A stretch of 64,000 nt of DNA from Takakia lepidozioides (Eukaryota > Plantae > Bryophyta), in contig CM060731.1 in the NCBI GenBank assembly GCA_030704615.1, positions 8,308,001 to 8,372,000 on the forward strand, in the 5' to 3' direction. A program made the translations under genes and the position numbers. The notes beneath the pieces are model-generated. The model worked only from the letters and a program-made list of their open reading frames with translations. It was not told the DNA's origin and searched no databases. Shown here piece by piece: positions 14,146 to 26,100 of the stretch (position 1 is its first letter; each line of letters opens with the position of its first letter).

Positions 14146-14407
14146 AGGTGCAGAGGCCTTCGAGTCTGTTGTGCGCTTGACCTAGAGACCTTGCTCTTAT
14201 GCAGACATCAACCACAGGTTGATTTCTGAACAACCTCACTAGGTTCCATGCTGTTCCACCTTGCTTGCTTGGACTAGGTTGTTATAGGTGCAGAGGCCTT
14301 CGAGTCTGTTGTGCGCCTGACCTAGAGACCTTGCTCTTATGCAGATATCAACCATAGGTTGATAACAGGTTGATAACAACCTAGTCCAAGCAAGCAAGGT
14401 GGAACAG
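14146..14407. repeat. ~78-bp direct duplication whose second copy is bracketed by a perfect 35-bp inverted repeat
   Basis: Direct copies start about 14146 and 14286. The arms 14251-14285 (CTGTTCCACC...GGTTGTTAT) and 14373-14407 are exact reverse complements. Confidence 0.9.
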
Positions 14408-14900
14408 TACAGAACCTCATAAAAGCATGTTCCAAATTGTTCGCCATAATCAGACTTTTCACTCAACTCTGCAGACAATTAATCCTGAGAAGATGAAAGA
14501 CTATGTTGCTTTGCAAGAGGGTCTGTAGGGGTGGTGTGGTAGGCAGAGACTGAGAAAAGGAAGCAGCATGAAGTTGGGGCAGTTGGTTGGAGTAGACCTA
14601 ATCTGTGCCAGGGATACTCACATTTCTATCAGTGCATCTAACCCCAATGGTTCGGCCTTCCGAAGTAGCAAGAGGGCCTAGGACTCCACACTGACATTTC
14701 TAGCACTAGAACCAGTGGTACCCCATGAAGTGAACTCTAAGAAATATTGAGTGCCATCTCAGAGGAGCTCTTCATGCTAAGCCTCAGCCATGATGGCGTC
14801 ATCGAAAGTGAGGAAAACCCAAGTCCACAGCAAAAGGTCCTTGCCTTCATGAATGAAAACACCATCCTTTATTTGATTCTTCACCGTGCCAGATGATCCC

Positions 14901-16772
14901 TCAGTACTGAGAATGGTAATACTGCTGTGGTGGAGGTCCAGGTTGGAAGGGGGGAGGGGGATAGCGTGGGTACAGATGAGGAGGGGGCCCTCGGGGCTGC
15001 GGATATGGCGAATATCCATATGGAGGAGGTCCCATAGGAGGCCCACCAAAATGTGAAGGCTGGCCTGGTTGGCCAGGGTTTGAACCCTCACCTTGACCAG
15101 CATTGGCATTTGACTCTTGGCCTGGAGCCACTGCCCCCATTCGTTGTGGGTCCATAGATGGATAGAAGGGCCGCTGAGATGGGGGTGGTGGCGGAGGCAA
15201 GTTGAAATAGTTAAGTGGAGCTTGATCTTGGCCAGCAACTTGCTGATGCTGTTGTTGTTGCTGGGAGATAACTGCTCGTGGAAGCATCCCTGCATGAGAT
15301 AGAATTCCACTTCCACTCGTCTCTTTTCCACTTTCTTCTCCTTCAGCTGTTCCCTCAAGCTCAGATTTTGCAACCTGGGGTTTCCCCCACATAAGCTTCA
15401 ATCTCAAGCCTTTGATGACGAGCTTGTTGGCCAGATTGTCAGCAGCCTTCTCAGCTCCTTCCCTGCTGGTGTAGGTAACAAATGCACATGCGCGTTGTGG
15501 CACCATTCGAATTGACTCAATTTCCCCATAACCATAAAATTGGTCCTTGAGATCCTCTTCCGACACTCGGGCATCAAGTCCCCCCACATAGAGTGTCTTG
15601 ATATTCATATCCTCAGGTGGCACCAAAGAGGGCATCTCGCCAGCCTTCCTCAATAGCTTTGCTGCCACAGGATCGTTTACCCTGAGGCAATCCAAAAGTG
15701 CACATTAGAATGAGTAGTTTCATCTTGTGGAGGTAGCCAACAATGTTTTGAAGAACCACATGTAGTACATAGTTGTCTGACTCTACTCTCTTTACTAAAC
15801 AAGAAGAAAATTGACTTCATACCCGTAATAGCGGTCCTTGATGTTTTGTTGAGACAGCTCCCCTGTGACAGGCATTTCATGCCGGTAAGGACACTCAGCT
15901 CCACGGGTGCACTCACCCCTTACATAGAAACTGCAAATATGTGCCCGATTTCTCTTGTAATAGGGTGTAGTCCGCTGAAGCTTCAGAATCGTATCATTCG
16001 GCCGAGCCTTTCCGAACGAAGATTCATAGTCCAAACCTGCTCTTGCCTGGAAAATTCCAATTAAATGCATCATATTAGTTAAAATGTGCTTCAAGCATAC
16101 ATCTGAGGCCTTTCAGAAAACTAATTAGGTTAAACCTCTTGCCCTATATGTAACCGACTCTATTTGCACCTCTTTGAGAGAGACAGAAGAGCCATACGTG
16201 CACATCTCAATGTAGGCTATCGGTTTCCTTGTGTGACTGTGACCGCCTCGTTCAGTCAAAGAGGGAGGTTGGGAATGCGATAAAGACGGGGGCAGGGGAT
16301 ACCTTGCGATCCTGCTCTTCAGCAAAGTACTCGCGGTTGACGTCGCTCTTTGGGATCGCATCACTTGTGCTGATGCCGAGAGCAGTATCTCTCACTTGAA
16401 CGGGAAGCCCATATTCCAGATCAAGTAAGCAAACCTGACAAACATTTTTCAGCTTGCTACACGTCTGGCACACCTCTGACTTCTTATATCGAGCATCCCG
16501 TCCGGGTCTCCACCGAAACACTGTAAAAGGCCGCGTGCATATCTTGCACTCCTTGTCAAAATTCGCCTTCGTCTGTCCCAACCCAAATCACAAAGAAACC
16601 ACAAAAAAACTGATCACATAAGTTCTCACTGTACAAACGAGGCATAAGAGCGTGGAACTCGACATACCATGCGCACGTACGGGTTGTCACCCAGGCAGGA
16701 CTCGCAGATGATGGGAAAATCCGAGCGCTCCCACCCATCCGCTTCCACATCCCGCAGCAGCCTGTGCGCCAT
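14901..16772 (-). CDS. RBM22: Pre-mRNA splicing factor RBM22/Cwc2-Ecm2-like (zinc finger, CCCH, RRM, Pro-rich tail), 459 aa
   Basis: Exons 16772-16668, 16572-16303, 16046-15823 and 15681-14901, all GT-AG and in phase. Motifs [83 protein letters not shown]. Confidence 0.96.
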
Positions 16773-16914
16773 CCCCCTCCCTCCTTTCGCCCCACCCTCT
16801 GCCCTGCCACGCGCACCTCCTTGCACCTTCCCACTCTCTCTCCCTCTCCCTCTCCCTCTCTTCCTCGCTTTCACTCTTCCTTTGCGCAGCTTACTGGGAA
16901 TTCAATTCCTTTTA

Positions 16915-16928
16915 AAACCCTAAACCCT
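16915..16928. promoter_or_regulatory. Telo-box-like motif upstream of RBM22
   Basis: AAACCCTAAACCCT about 145 bp upstream of the ATG. Telo-boxes are common in plant housekeeping promoters. Confidence 0.45.
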
Positions 16929-16942
16929 CAAAAAAGGAAGGG

Positions 16943-17485
16943 TGTGAAGCCCGATTCCGGCGCTATGGGTTTGTTCCCCTTCCTCTACCGGACTTGACCT
17001 TATATGGGGAATGTAGTCGGTAGATAGGCCTAGCAAAGAAGACGGAATCTTACTAAGAGGACACCACGGACACATACCTTCAAACACTTTCATCCAACCA
17101 CACCGTTATGCCCACCATACGCTCGCGTAAAACCCATAAAACCACCACCCTTACTGCCACGGCAGTGAGGTTTAAATAGCATTAGGTTATAATCTAATCC
17201 TAGTGCCGTGTGGCACTTACACATAGGTCCACCAGATGCCCTTCCAGCACATCCATAGAAAGAAGCCAGATCACCCGTCCCATCCCAACTTGATCCTAAA
17301 CTAGCTGTTAGAATAAGATAGCCCCTAATAAAGCCATCAGCTGTTGCCAGCTCATCCTTATGCACAAGGTGTAAGTCCATCCAGCTTTCATCCTGGCCTC
17401 GTCCATCCCTTAGATCATCCGGAGCGCATCCCTCCTCCATTCATCCATGTAGAAAAGTAAGGTGAGAAGGAATCCCAGCTCTACA
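16943..17485 (-). repeat. 3' LTR of the host Gypsy
   Basis: High identity to 52189-52638; has TG...CA ends and about 80-90 bp absent from the other copy. Confidence 0.85.
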
Positions 17486-17939
17486 TATGTGATGCCTGCT
17501 GGGGCCACAAGAAACTACGAGCTCCTGCGAGTGATGAGCTCAGGGAGAACAAACTGAAGCCTAGCCAACAAGCTACACACCCGGCACACAAGGGATGAAA
17601 AAACCTAGAGAAGAAAACCTCACCCTGCAAGCTGGGTGGAGGACAAAACATCCCGTAGGAAAACCCCGAGTGCTACAAATGGTGCAGAAAACTAGCACGA
17701 AATGCAAAACACTATTCTAAAGAAGAGGCTGCCATAGTGCGAGCTGTCCGAGCTGTAGGGGTGGAGATCACCTGGTGGTTCTCAACATTCAAACAGGTTA
17801 GATCAAAAATAAGAGTGCATGGAACAAGTAGGGAAACATGAATGGAGCTAGCTAAGTGAGGAGTAGAGGCATGTTGTGGGAGCAAGACATACTGCCTGCC
17901 AGGAAGAATCTCAGAGATAAGGTAAAGGCCATCAATTCT

Positions 17940-19079
17940 TCATTTGGCCTTGGAAATCTGCTTATCAGGCTGGAGTCTCACACAAACAGACTGGCCTACC
18001 TTGAATGACTCAGAATACACAACACGGCGGTTGTAATTCTTTGCTTGAGCAGCTTGAGCAAACACAATGTTAGATTTGGCAGTTTCCCTCAAACTACGCC
18101 GTTTAGCATCCATGGAAAGCAAGAAGGTTTCCCAATTCTCAGGCTCAGTAGCCGAGACATGTAGCCAGGAAATATGCAAAGGGGTTCTACATTTCCTACC
18201 ATACAAAAGTTCAAAAGGTGAGATTTTGGTACTGGCATGGATAGAAGTCATGTAGGCAAAGAGCAGCATAGGCACATCAATATCTCATTCATCAATGAGT
18301 GTCCCATTCTTCTCGAGCATCTGGCATATAGTTTTGTTAAATCGTTCTGTCAAACCATTGCATTGGGGATTGTAGGGAGCAGTAACGGTATGCTTAGTGT
18401 TGAGATTAAACAAGACAATCTCCATAAGTTGGTTGCAGAACTCTGTACCTTGATCCATGAGGATTTCCAGATGGCAACCATGACGAAGAATCACCTTATC
18501 AAAGAAGAATTGCACCACCTCATCACTATCCTTAGCAACCAGAGGTCGGAGCTCAACCCATTTCGTCAGGTAGTCCGTTGCAACCGCAAGGTATGCATGG
18601 CCCTTGGACGTGGATTTAAGGGGTCCGACTAGATCTAAGTCCACCCTGGCAAATAGTTCAGTCACCGGGATAGGCTGTAAAGGCAAGGGAGCGTCGGTTC
18701 TAGGTAGGATGGTCTTAGCATGACAGGGCACACACCTTGCAATGAAAGCTGAGACATCTTTAACTAAGCATTTCCAATGATACTGCTCCTGTAATCTCTT
18801 GACAGTTTTAGCAATCCCCAAATGGCCAGCATAAGTAGAAGCATGGTGTAATTCAAGTAAAGCAGGGACAGCGGACCTAGAAGGGACTTCCACAGTAGAG
18901 GTACCTTCCAAAGCAGTGACTCTAAACAATCTCCCTTCACTTTCCCGGTGGTAGGGTAAGTGATAGTTGACTTGCCTCATGAGTAGCTTGGATATGTCAC
19001 TAAGGTGGGTGCCGGTTTTGCACCTATGGAGAAGAGCATCGTATAATGGATCATCCATGCCTACATCACTCATGGCCAC
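17940..19079 (-). pseudogene. Host Gypsy integrase (frameshifted)
   Basis: HH..AGHLGI...C.PC zinc finger; DLVGPL, ATDYLTKWVE, MDQGTEF, YNPQCNGLTERFN core; ISPFELLYGR in the next frame. Confidence 0.92.
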
Positions 19080-19326
19080 ACAACAGCAGGTTAGTGCAGG
19101 CGAGAAGAAAGTGGCAGCCCCCGTTCTCTTCCTTTCGTAATCCTGACTTCATTTTCAGTTGGCTGCCTATGAGGAGGTAAGCAGGCTGGAAAGCGCAGCT
19201 CAGGCCCTTGGTCAGGAAACAAACTAATGCAGGCGCAAGACAAGAAGGGCATGTCGAAGGTAAGGGAAAGTACCAGACCAATCTGCAGGATACCAGACCA
19301 AATTCATGCCAATACCAGGGGAAATT

Positions 19327-19480
19327 GGGGGGTGCTATTCCGTGAGCCTGGAGGCGTGAGCCTGTGAGCCCAGGAAAGCGTGAGCCCAGCACAGGCTCAC
19401 GCCACGTCAGCATGCAAACAGTGCCTATTTCCGCGGATGTCACCTATTTCCGAGTGGGGTCACCTATTTCCGCGGGTTGA
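19327..19480. repeat. Left subterminal repeats of the MULE
   Basis: (C/T)GTGAGCC four times, one inverted GGCTCACG, and CCTATTTCCG three times (19424-19472). Confidence 0.8.
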
Positions 19481-20113
19481 TGTGGGGAGAATTGAGAATT
19501 GAGAACAAAGTGGTTTGTTTGTTTTTGCAATGTACTCAAGTCTGTGAGGTCCACAAAACAACAAATATATTGAAGGAACAATCCGGGCAGTCCATGCAAC
19601 CCCCATCTCCAACAATAGTTTGGAACCATGAATGTGAATTCCATGCACACATTGCAAAGAGGACAATAAGGACACACAACCATCCCATTTCAAATTTGTC
19701 CCAGAATTAAACCAAAAGAATACTTCATATCAAGTGTCGCAGTCATCACAATCAATGTCCACCTCCTGTGCTATGTCATCTACAAAGATTCTGGCCCCAA
19801 CACCACGTGTTCTACGAAGGCCATCGCAAGGTGGACTCTGAGTGCCATGAACGGACATGCTTGCTGCGAGTGCCTCCGCATAGACAGGTAGCACACAAGA
19901 CCGAGGAGGACTGAAAACAAGTCCAAATAGGTGTGATAGCCCAGGAGGGCAAGTGGAAGCACGCGGACTCCTACACATGTCCACAAAATTCCATTTTTAA
20001 CACAATGATGCAATGCACAAGTCCAACGAAGAGGATGTCTCCCATTTGCACTTTGCCTCAAGAACAGCGATTCTCGATAATGAAACAACAATGCAAGCAT
20101 GCACAGGTTCAAC

Positions 20114-23100
20114 TTACTCACAGGCAAAGTCGGAGTCCAGCTCCTTGTCAGAAGTCTCCTCTGTACCAGTATCAGCGGGACGGGGCTTCGGAAGGACCTG
20201 AGAAGTGTGTCCACCCAAACCCATCAGGAGGTTCTTGTAAATCTCAGCATCCCCTTCAATCCCAAAGACATGTCGCGCACTGGCCTTGCAAGCGTGGTAC
20301 GAAGCACCTGCAGTGGAATAGAATGAAGTAAGCAGACATTGAAGACACATTCGGAACGGTGGAAAGTGCTGAAAGTGCAAGCTCAATCAAACCTCATGAA
20401 ATGTGAATGTTGAAGGGACGAACCTGTGCCCATCGACAAATCCAGAACTCTGGCGTCTGTGTAGGTGCAGCACTCCACAATCGTTTGAATGAAAGCCGGG
20501 CTCCTCTCCCTCGCCCCTCTCCAAGGAACCCCATTCCCCCTTCGCAAGCACACGTTGCTGTCGACGTAGTTGTGATGCATGTCATCCGTGGGAGGATCTG
20601 TCCTGTCATCTATGAACTTGCCCCCGTGAGTGATGGCAAACTCCGTAATGCCGGCCGGAGTCGTTGGTGGATGCACCCGGACGAGACAAACAGCTTCAAA
20701 CAGACGAGTCTGCGAACATGACATCCAGAAGGAACTAAGAACCAAAATAAAATCGGGCCCCTACATATGAGTTTGAGCGACCTACACAACACAATCCCAG
20801 AACAAAAAAGAAGAGGAAGAAGAAGGGAAACTCACCATCTCTCCCGGACGATCCCCCTTCGTAAGGTACATGCTGTTCACACAATTCCATGTCTTCAGGA
20901 CTCTCATGCCCGAGGCTTTCAAATAGCTGGCAAGGGCACGGCGACACCGAACATCGATGGACTGGATGAGAACCAAAACACCTGCATCGGAAAGGAAGAA
21001 GTTGCAAAAGGAAAAAACCCACCGCCAATAGCGCTCATCAAATGCATTCCAACCCGGACAAGCACCCGATGGTGGGATATCCGGGACTGCCAACCCATCA
21101 GGGATGTCCAAGATGATGAGTTCCGCTGCATATGGCTTCTCCTTCCCGTTCACCCACGATTTGGTCATTTTAGCCTGCAAACAAAAATACAATGGAATTC
21201 TGACAAGTTTATAAACGATCCATGCCCACAGCAGACAAAGAGAGCAGAAGCCACAGAACCCAAAGAGAACACGCACCGTGCTGAGGAACTCGACAATCCT
21301 CTCCCACACTGGTGATGGCTCGCCCTTGTAATCAGATTTCTTCGACTCCATCATGGCAAGGAACCCGACGTTGGCAATCTCCAACCTGGTTGGACGAATG
21401 ACCCTCGTGGGATGTTCCACTGCATGGTACGGGTCCTTGGGATCAACCACACCCTTGTTTTTTCTCCCGGATCCCCTACCATGCGGTGGAGTCTGCTGGA
21501 CATGCTCCACAGGGCCAATAGCTGCAACACTTCCCTGCCCTTGTGCCACCTTCCCTCTACCCCTTCCCGTCCCCACAACACCAGCAACATCTTTTCCCTT
21601 TGCCTTTCTTCCTCTACCCGGGGTATCCTGAGCGGGAGGCTCCTTCTCTGCAAGAGTCCTCAGATTACGCTCATGAATGTCGAGGTCCGCTGCTGCGGCA
21701 GTGGCTGCAATACGGTCATTCTCTCTCCTCAAAGACAACTCTACAGCTGGGGTCTCTGAAGGAGGGCAATCCAAATACCAACCACAAGAAGAAAGATGGT
21801 CCGGACCCCAGTCATGCAAGATCCCAGCAGTGAACATGGTCTGGTTGCCAGCAGGGACAAGCCAAAGGTCCACGAAATCTGGATGTTTGTCCAAGCAATT
21901 CTCTTCCAGGAGAACAAACTTAATGTACCTGCACGAACAGACACAGCCTCATTATCCAATGCACATATTGTGTCCCAGCTTTTTCAACACACCAGGAAGA
22001 CCCCCTTAAACAGTATGCCACACAACACATTGCAACCACAACACAAGCAAAGAGTGCAAGGGTGTGCACCTGTAAAGGCATCGTTTCCAGGCTTCCTCTC
22101 CTTTTTCCTGCTGGTCAAGCTCATTTGTTCGACTGATGCCACCCTCCTTGCTGAACTCTCTAAAGAAACCAGAGTGCCACACTGTGGCTCTCCATTTCCT
22201 CATGTATGCTTCGAAGGAGACCTTCGGAGCTGTCATAGTGATGCCATAGTCAGCCAGCTGAGTATGCAGAACCGATCGGGCCCTTTCTTCCAACTGCAAA
22301 AAAATTGAAATGGAAGAATGAACCCAAAAACAGTCACAGCGAATGTAAGAGGCAATGGGAAGAGAAGGACAGGAAAAGAGAAAAGAAAGTGAGATACGAG
22401 AGGACATCACACCTGGCTCCAGTAAGTGGCCTTGTGAAGCCAGTTGTCCAGCACATTGTCACTGACAGGAACGACACGCTGGGTCTTCTTCTCCTTCTCT
22501 GGCCTTGGGAACATGTGGGTATCCCTAACTGTGGGATCGGAGTTCCATATCTGCAGCCACTTCACCTTCTGTTCAGAAGACACGACGGCGGTAGACAACC
22601 TGTGCAACTTCTCCTGGGCCATCTCCGGCTTGCCTGGCTTGTTATAATGGTTTTTTATCTCCAGCAGAAACTGCGGCCCGAATGATGGGTCGGCCATTCT
22701 CAACTGCTTCACAAAAGCACTCATTATTGTCCTTCTTGTAGCGTTCATCTCCTTCTGGATGTGACTTTCAACTCCCTTTGCTGTCCTTCTCTCCTCAGGG
22801 GTAGAGCTGTAGTATTCCAGTTTGCCACGCTCCCCTGCATCTGCAATGTCTTGCTGCAAGGGAATGCAAGAGAGTTGCATCAATCCAAGGTCAAGGGAGA
22901 CAGAGAGAAACAAACATGTGGAAGCAGGAATATGGAAAGGCCAGATGAAGGAAGATGTATCTCACCGTGTACATGTACTCCATGAAAGCCTCACGGGTCA
23001 ACGAGTACCATGTTTCCGAAGTCTTGGAGCTTTCGCATTTCTTATACATCTCTGCCGAAAGGATGGTCTTGAAGTTGGTCAAGGGCATCTGCCCGATCCT

Positions 23101-26100
23101 TTGTATCCTATACAGTGTGTGAACCAGACTCGTTTTGACATGCGATGTCTCCGTCCCTCTGCAGAATGATATCTGAATTTCAGAATGTAATTCAAGGACT
23201 TCAATCAAGGAAGAACGGAACCAGAAGTGCAACGTGTACAATGAGAAACCAACCTGTTCACATCATTCATTGCCGTCAGAAGACCCATCATGTTGTCGTC
23301 ACAATCAAGCACCATCGATCGAACAGAGTAATGCCACTCTTCCTCCTGTGAGTGCAGCCTCCCAATGACAGCCATCCATGCAAGCAACCGGTGGTTGCCA
23401 TCCCAAACGTGAAACATCTTCCCCGAGAATACCTGGGTGGAAGGTTTTCTGGAGAGAAGAAGTTCGAAGGATTCGTTCACCTGTCTCCAAATGGGGTCCC
23501 AGGAGTCGACGATTGACTCATCAACAAGGAGCTCGTTACCTCTTGAATCCCTAGTAGAAACGTAAAAGACCGCGGATCCATCCAAATACCCATGAACAAA
23601 CTCGGCCTCCAGCTTGAGAATGTCTTTGACAAGGGGTGGACGAACGACGGGCATGGAAACCAACCTACACAGGGGAATCTTCAACCTCCCACCAGGAGCA
23701 AGCATACTTTGAACCACAAGCTGAGAGTTCACCTTTTGACCCCCCAGCATCTCAGCGGCTTTGCTTTCATAAAACTCATCGTCAACATCATCTTTGGTCT
23801 CCTTCCCCTGACCCTGAGGGACCTCATCCGCCACACTTTGCATTTTCCCCTGCAAGGTTGTTCACTCAAATTCTTATAAGAGAGGAATGAAACGTCGACC
23901 GATGCATGAAAAAGTGGGATAAAAAGGGAAGTGTTCTTTGAGCTGCCAGATAAGTGTTCATTGATCCTCACGGACATGCACTATGTTCCCGATTTACACA
24001 GGGAAAGAACATTGAAAAGTTCTGCTCAAATATCTGCCCATGAGGGCCGAAAGTTGCGCCCTTCCATATTCATATGTTCTGCCTACACAGTGTGCGGTTC
24101 CGCAGACTGTTTGAGCTGACAGTGAAGGGTTCATTTTATACTCAAAAATGTGCCCATGAAGTCCAAATTTTGCACCCAGAAACATTGAAATGCTCAGCTC
24201 AAACAGTGTGCGTTGCCGCACACTGTCTGGGCTGGCAGTGAAGGGTTCTTTTCACACTCACACAGGTGCCCCTGAAGTCCAAATTTTGCCAGAAACATTG
24301 AAATGCTCAGCTCAAACAGTGTGCGTTGCCGCACACTGTCTGAGCTGGCAGTGAAGGGTTCTTTCACACTCACACAGGTGCCCCTGAAGTCCAATTTTTG
24401 CATCCAGAAACATTGAAATGCTCAGCTCAAACAGTGTGCGTTGCCGCACACTGTCTGAGCTGGCAGTGAAGGGTTCTTTTCACACTCACACAGGTGCCCC
24501 TGAAGTCCAAATATTTCACCCAGAAACATTGAAATGCTCAGCTCAAACAGTGTGCGTTGCCGCACACTGTCTGAGCTGGCAGTGAAGGGTTCATTTCACC
24601 CTCACACGGGTGCCCTGAAGTCCAAATTTTGCACCCAGAAACATTGAAATGCTCAGCTCAAACAGTGTGCGTTGCCGCACACTGTCTGAGCTGGCAGTGA
24701 AGGGTTCATTTCACACTCACACAGGTGCCCCTGAAGTCCAATTTTTGCATCCAGAAACATTGAAATGCTCAGCTCAAACAGTGTGCGTTGCCGCACACTG
24801 TCTGAGCTGGCAGTGAAGGGTTCATTTCACACTCACACAGGTGCCCCTGAAGTCCAAATTTTGCATCCAGAAACATTGAAATGCTCAGCTCAAACAGTGT
24901 GCGTTGCCGCACACTGTCTGAGCTGGCAGTGAAGGGTTCTTTTCACACTCACACAGGTGCCCCTGAAGTCCAAATATTTCACCCAGAAACATTGAAATGC
25001 TCAGCTCAAACAGTGTGCGTTGCCGCACACTGTCTGAGCTGGCAGTGAAGGGTTCATTTCACACTCACACGGGTGCCCCTGAAGTCCAAATTTTGCACCC
25101 AGAAACATTGAAATGCTCAGCTCAAACAGTGTGCGTTGCCGCACACTGTCTGAGCTGGCAGTGAAGGGTTCATTTCACACTCACACAGGTGCCCCTGAAG
25201 TCCAAATATTTCACCCAGAAACATTGAAATGCTCAGCTCAAACAGTGTGCGTTGCCGCACACTGTCTGAGCTGGCAGTGAAGGGTTCTTTTCACACTCAC
25301 ACAGGTGCCCCTGAAGTCCAAATATTTCACCCAGAAACATTGAAATGCTCAGCTCAAACAGTGTGCGTTGCCGCACACTGTCTGAGCTGGCAGTGAAGGG
25401 TTCTTTTCACACTCACACAGGTGCCCCTGAAGTCCAATTTTTGCACCCAGAAACATTGAAATGCTCAGCTCAAACAGTGTGCGTTGCCGCACACTGTCTG
25501 GCTGGCAGTGAAGGGTTCTTTTCACACTCACACAGGTGCCCCTGAAGTCCAAATATTTCACCCAGAAACATTGAAATGCTCAGCTCAAACAGTGTGCGTT
25601 GCCGCACACTGTCTGAGCTGGCAGTGAAGGGTTCATTTCACACTCACACAGGTGCCCCTGAAGTCCAATTTTTGCATCCAGAAACATTGAAATGCTCAGC
25701 TCAAACAGTGTGCGTTGCCGCACACTGTCTGAGCTGGCAGTGAAGGGTTCTTTTCACACTCACACAGGTGCCCCTGAAGTCCAAATATTTCACCCAGAAA
25801 CATTGAAATGCTCAGCTCAAACAGTGTGCGTTGCCGCACACTGTCTGAGCTGGCAGTGAAGGGTTCTTTTCACACTCACACAGGTGCCCCTGAAGTCCAA
25901 ATATTTCACCCAGAAACATTGAAATGCTCAGCTCAAACAGTGTGCGTTGCCGCACACTGTCTGAGCTGGCAGTGAAGGGTTCTTTTCACACTCACACAGG
26001 TGCCCCTGAAGTCCAAATTTTGCACCCAGAAACATTGAAATGCTCAGCTCAAACAGTGTGCGTTGCCGCACACTGTCTGAGCTGGCAGTGAAGGGTTCTT

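Noticed and set aside
20114-23849. Bacterial or phage contamination as the source of the ParB-MTase
   Set aside because: The gene has several phase-consistent GT-AG introns and sits inside a TSD-bounded element nested in a plant retrotransposon.
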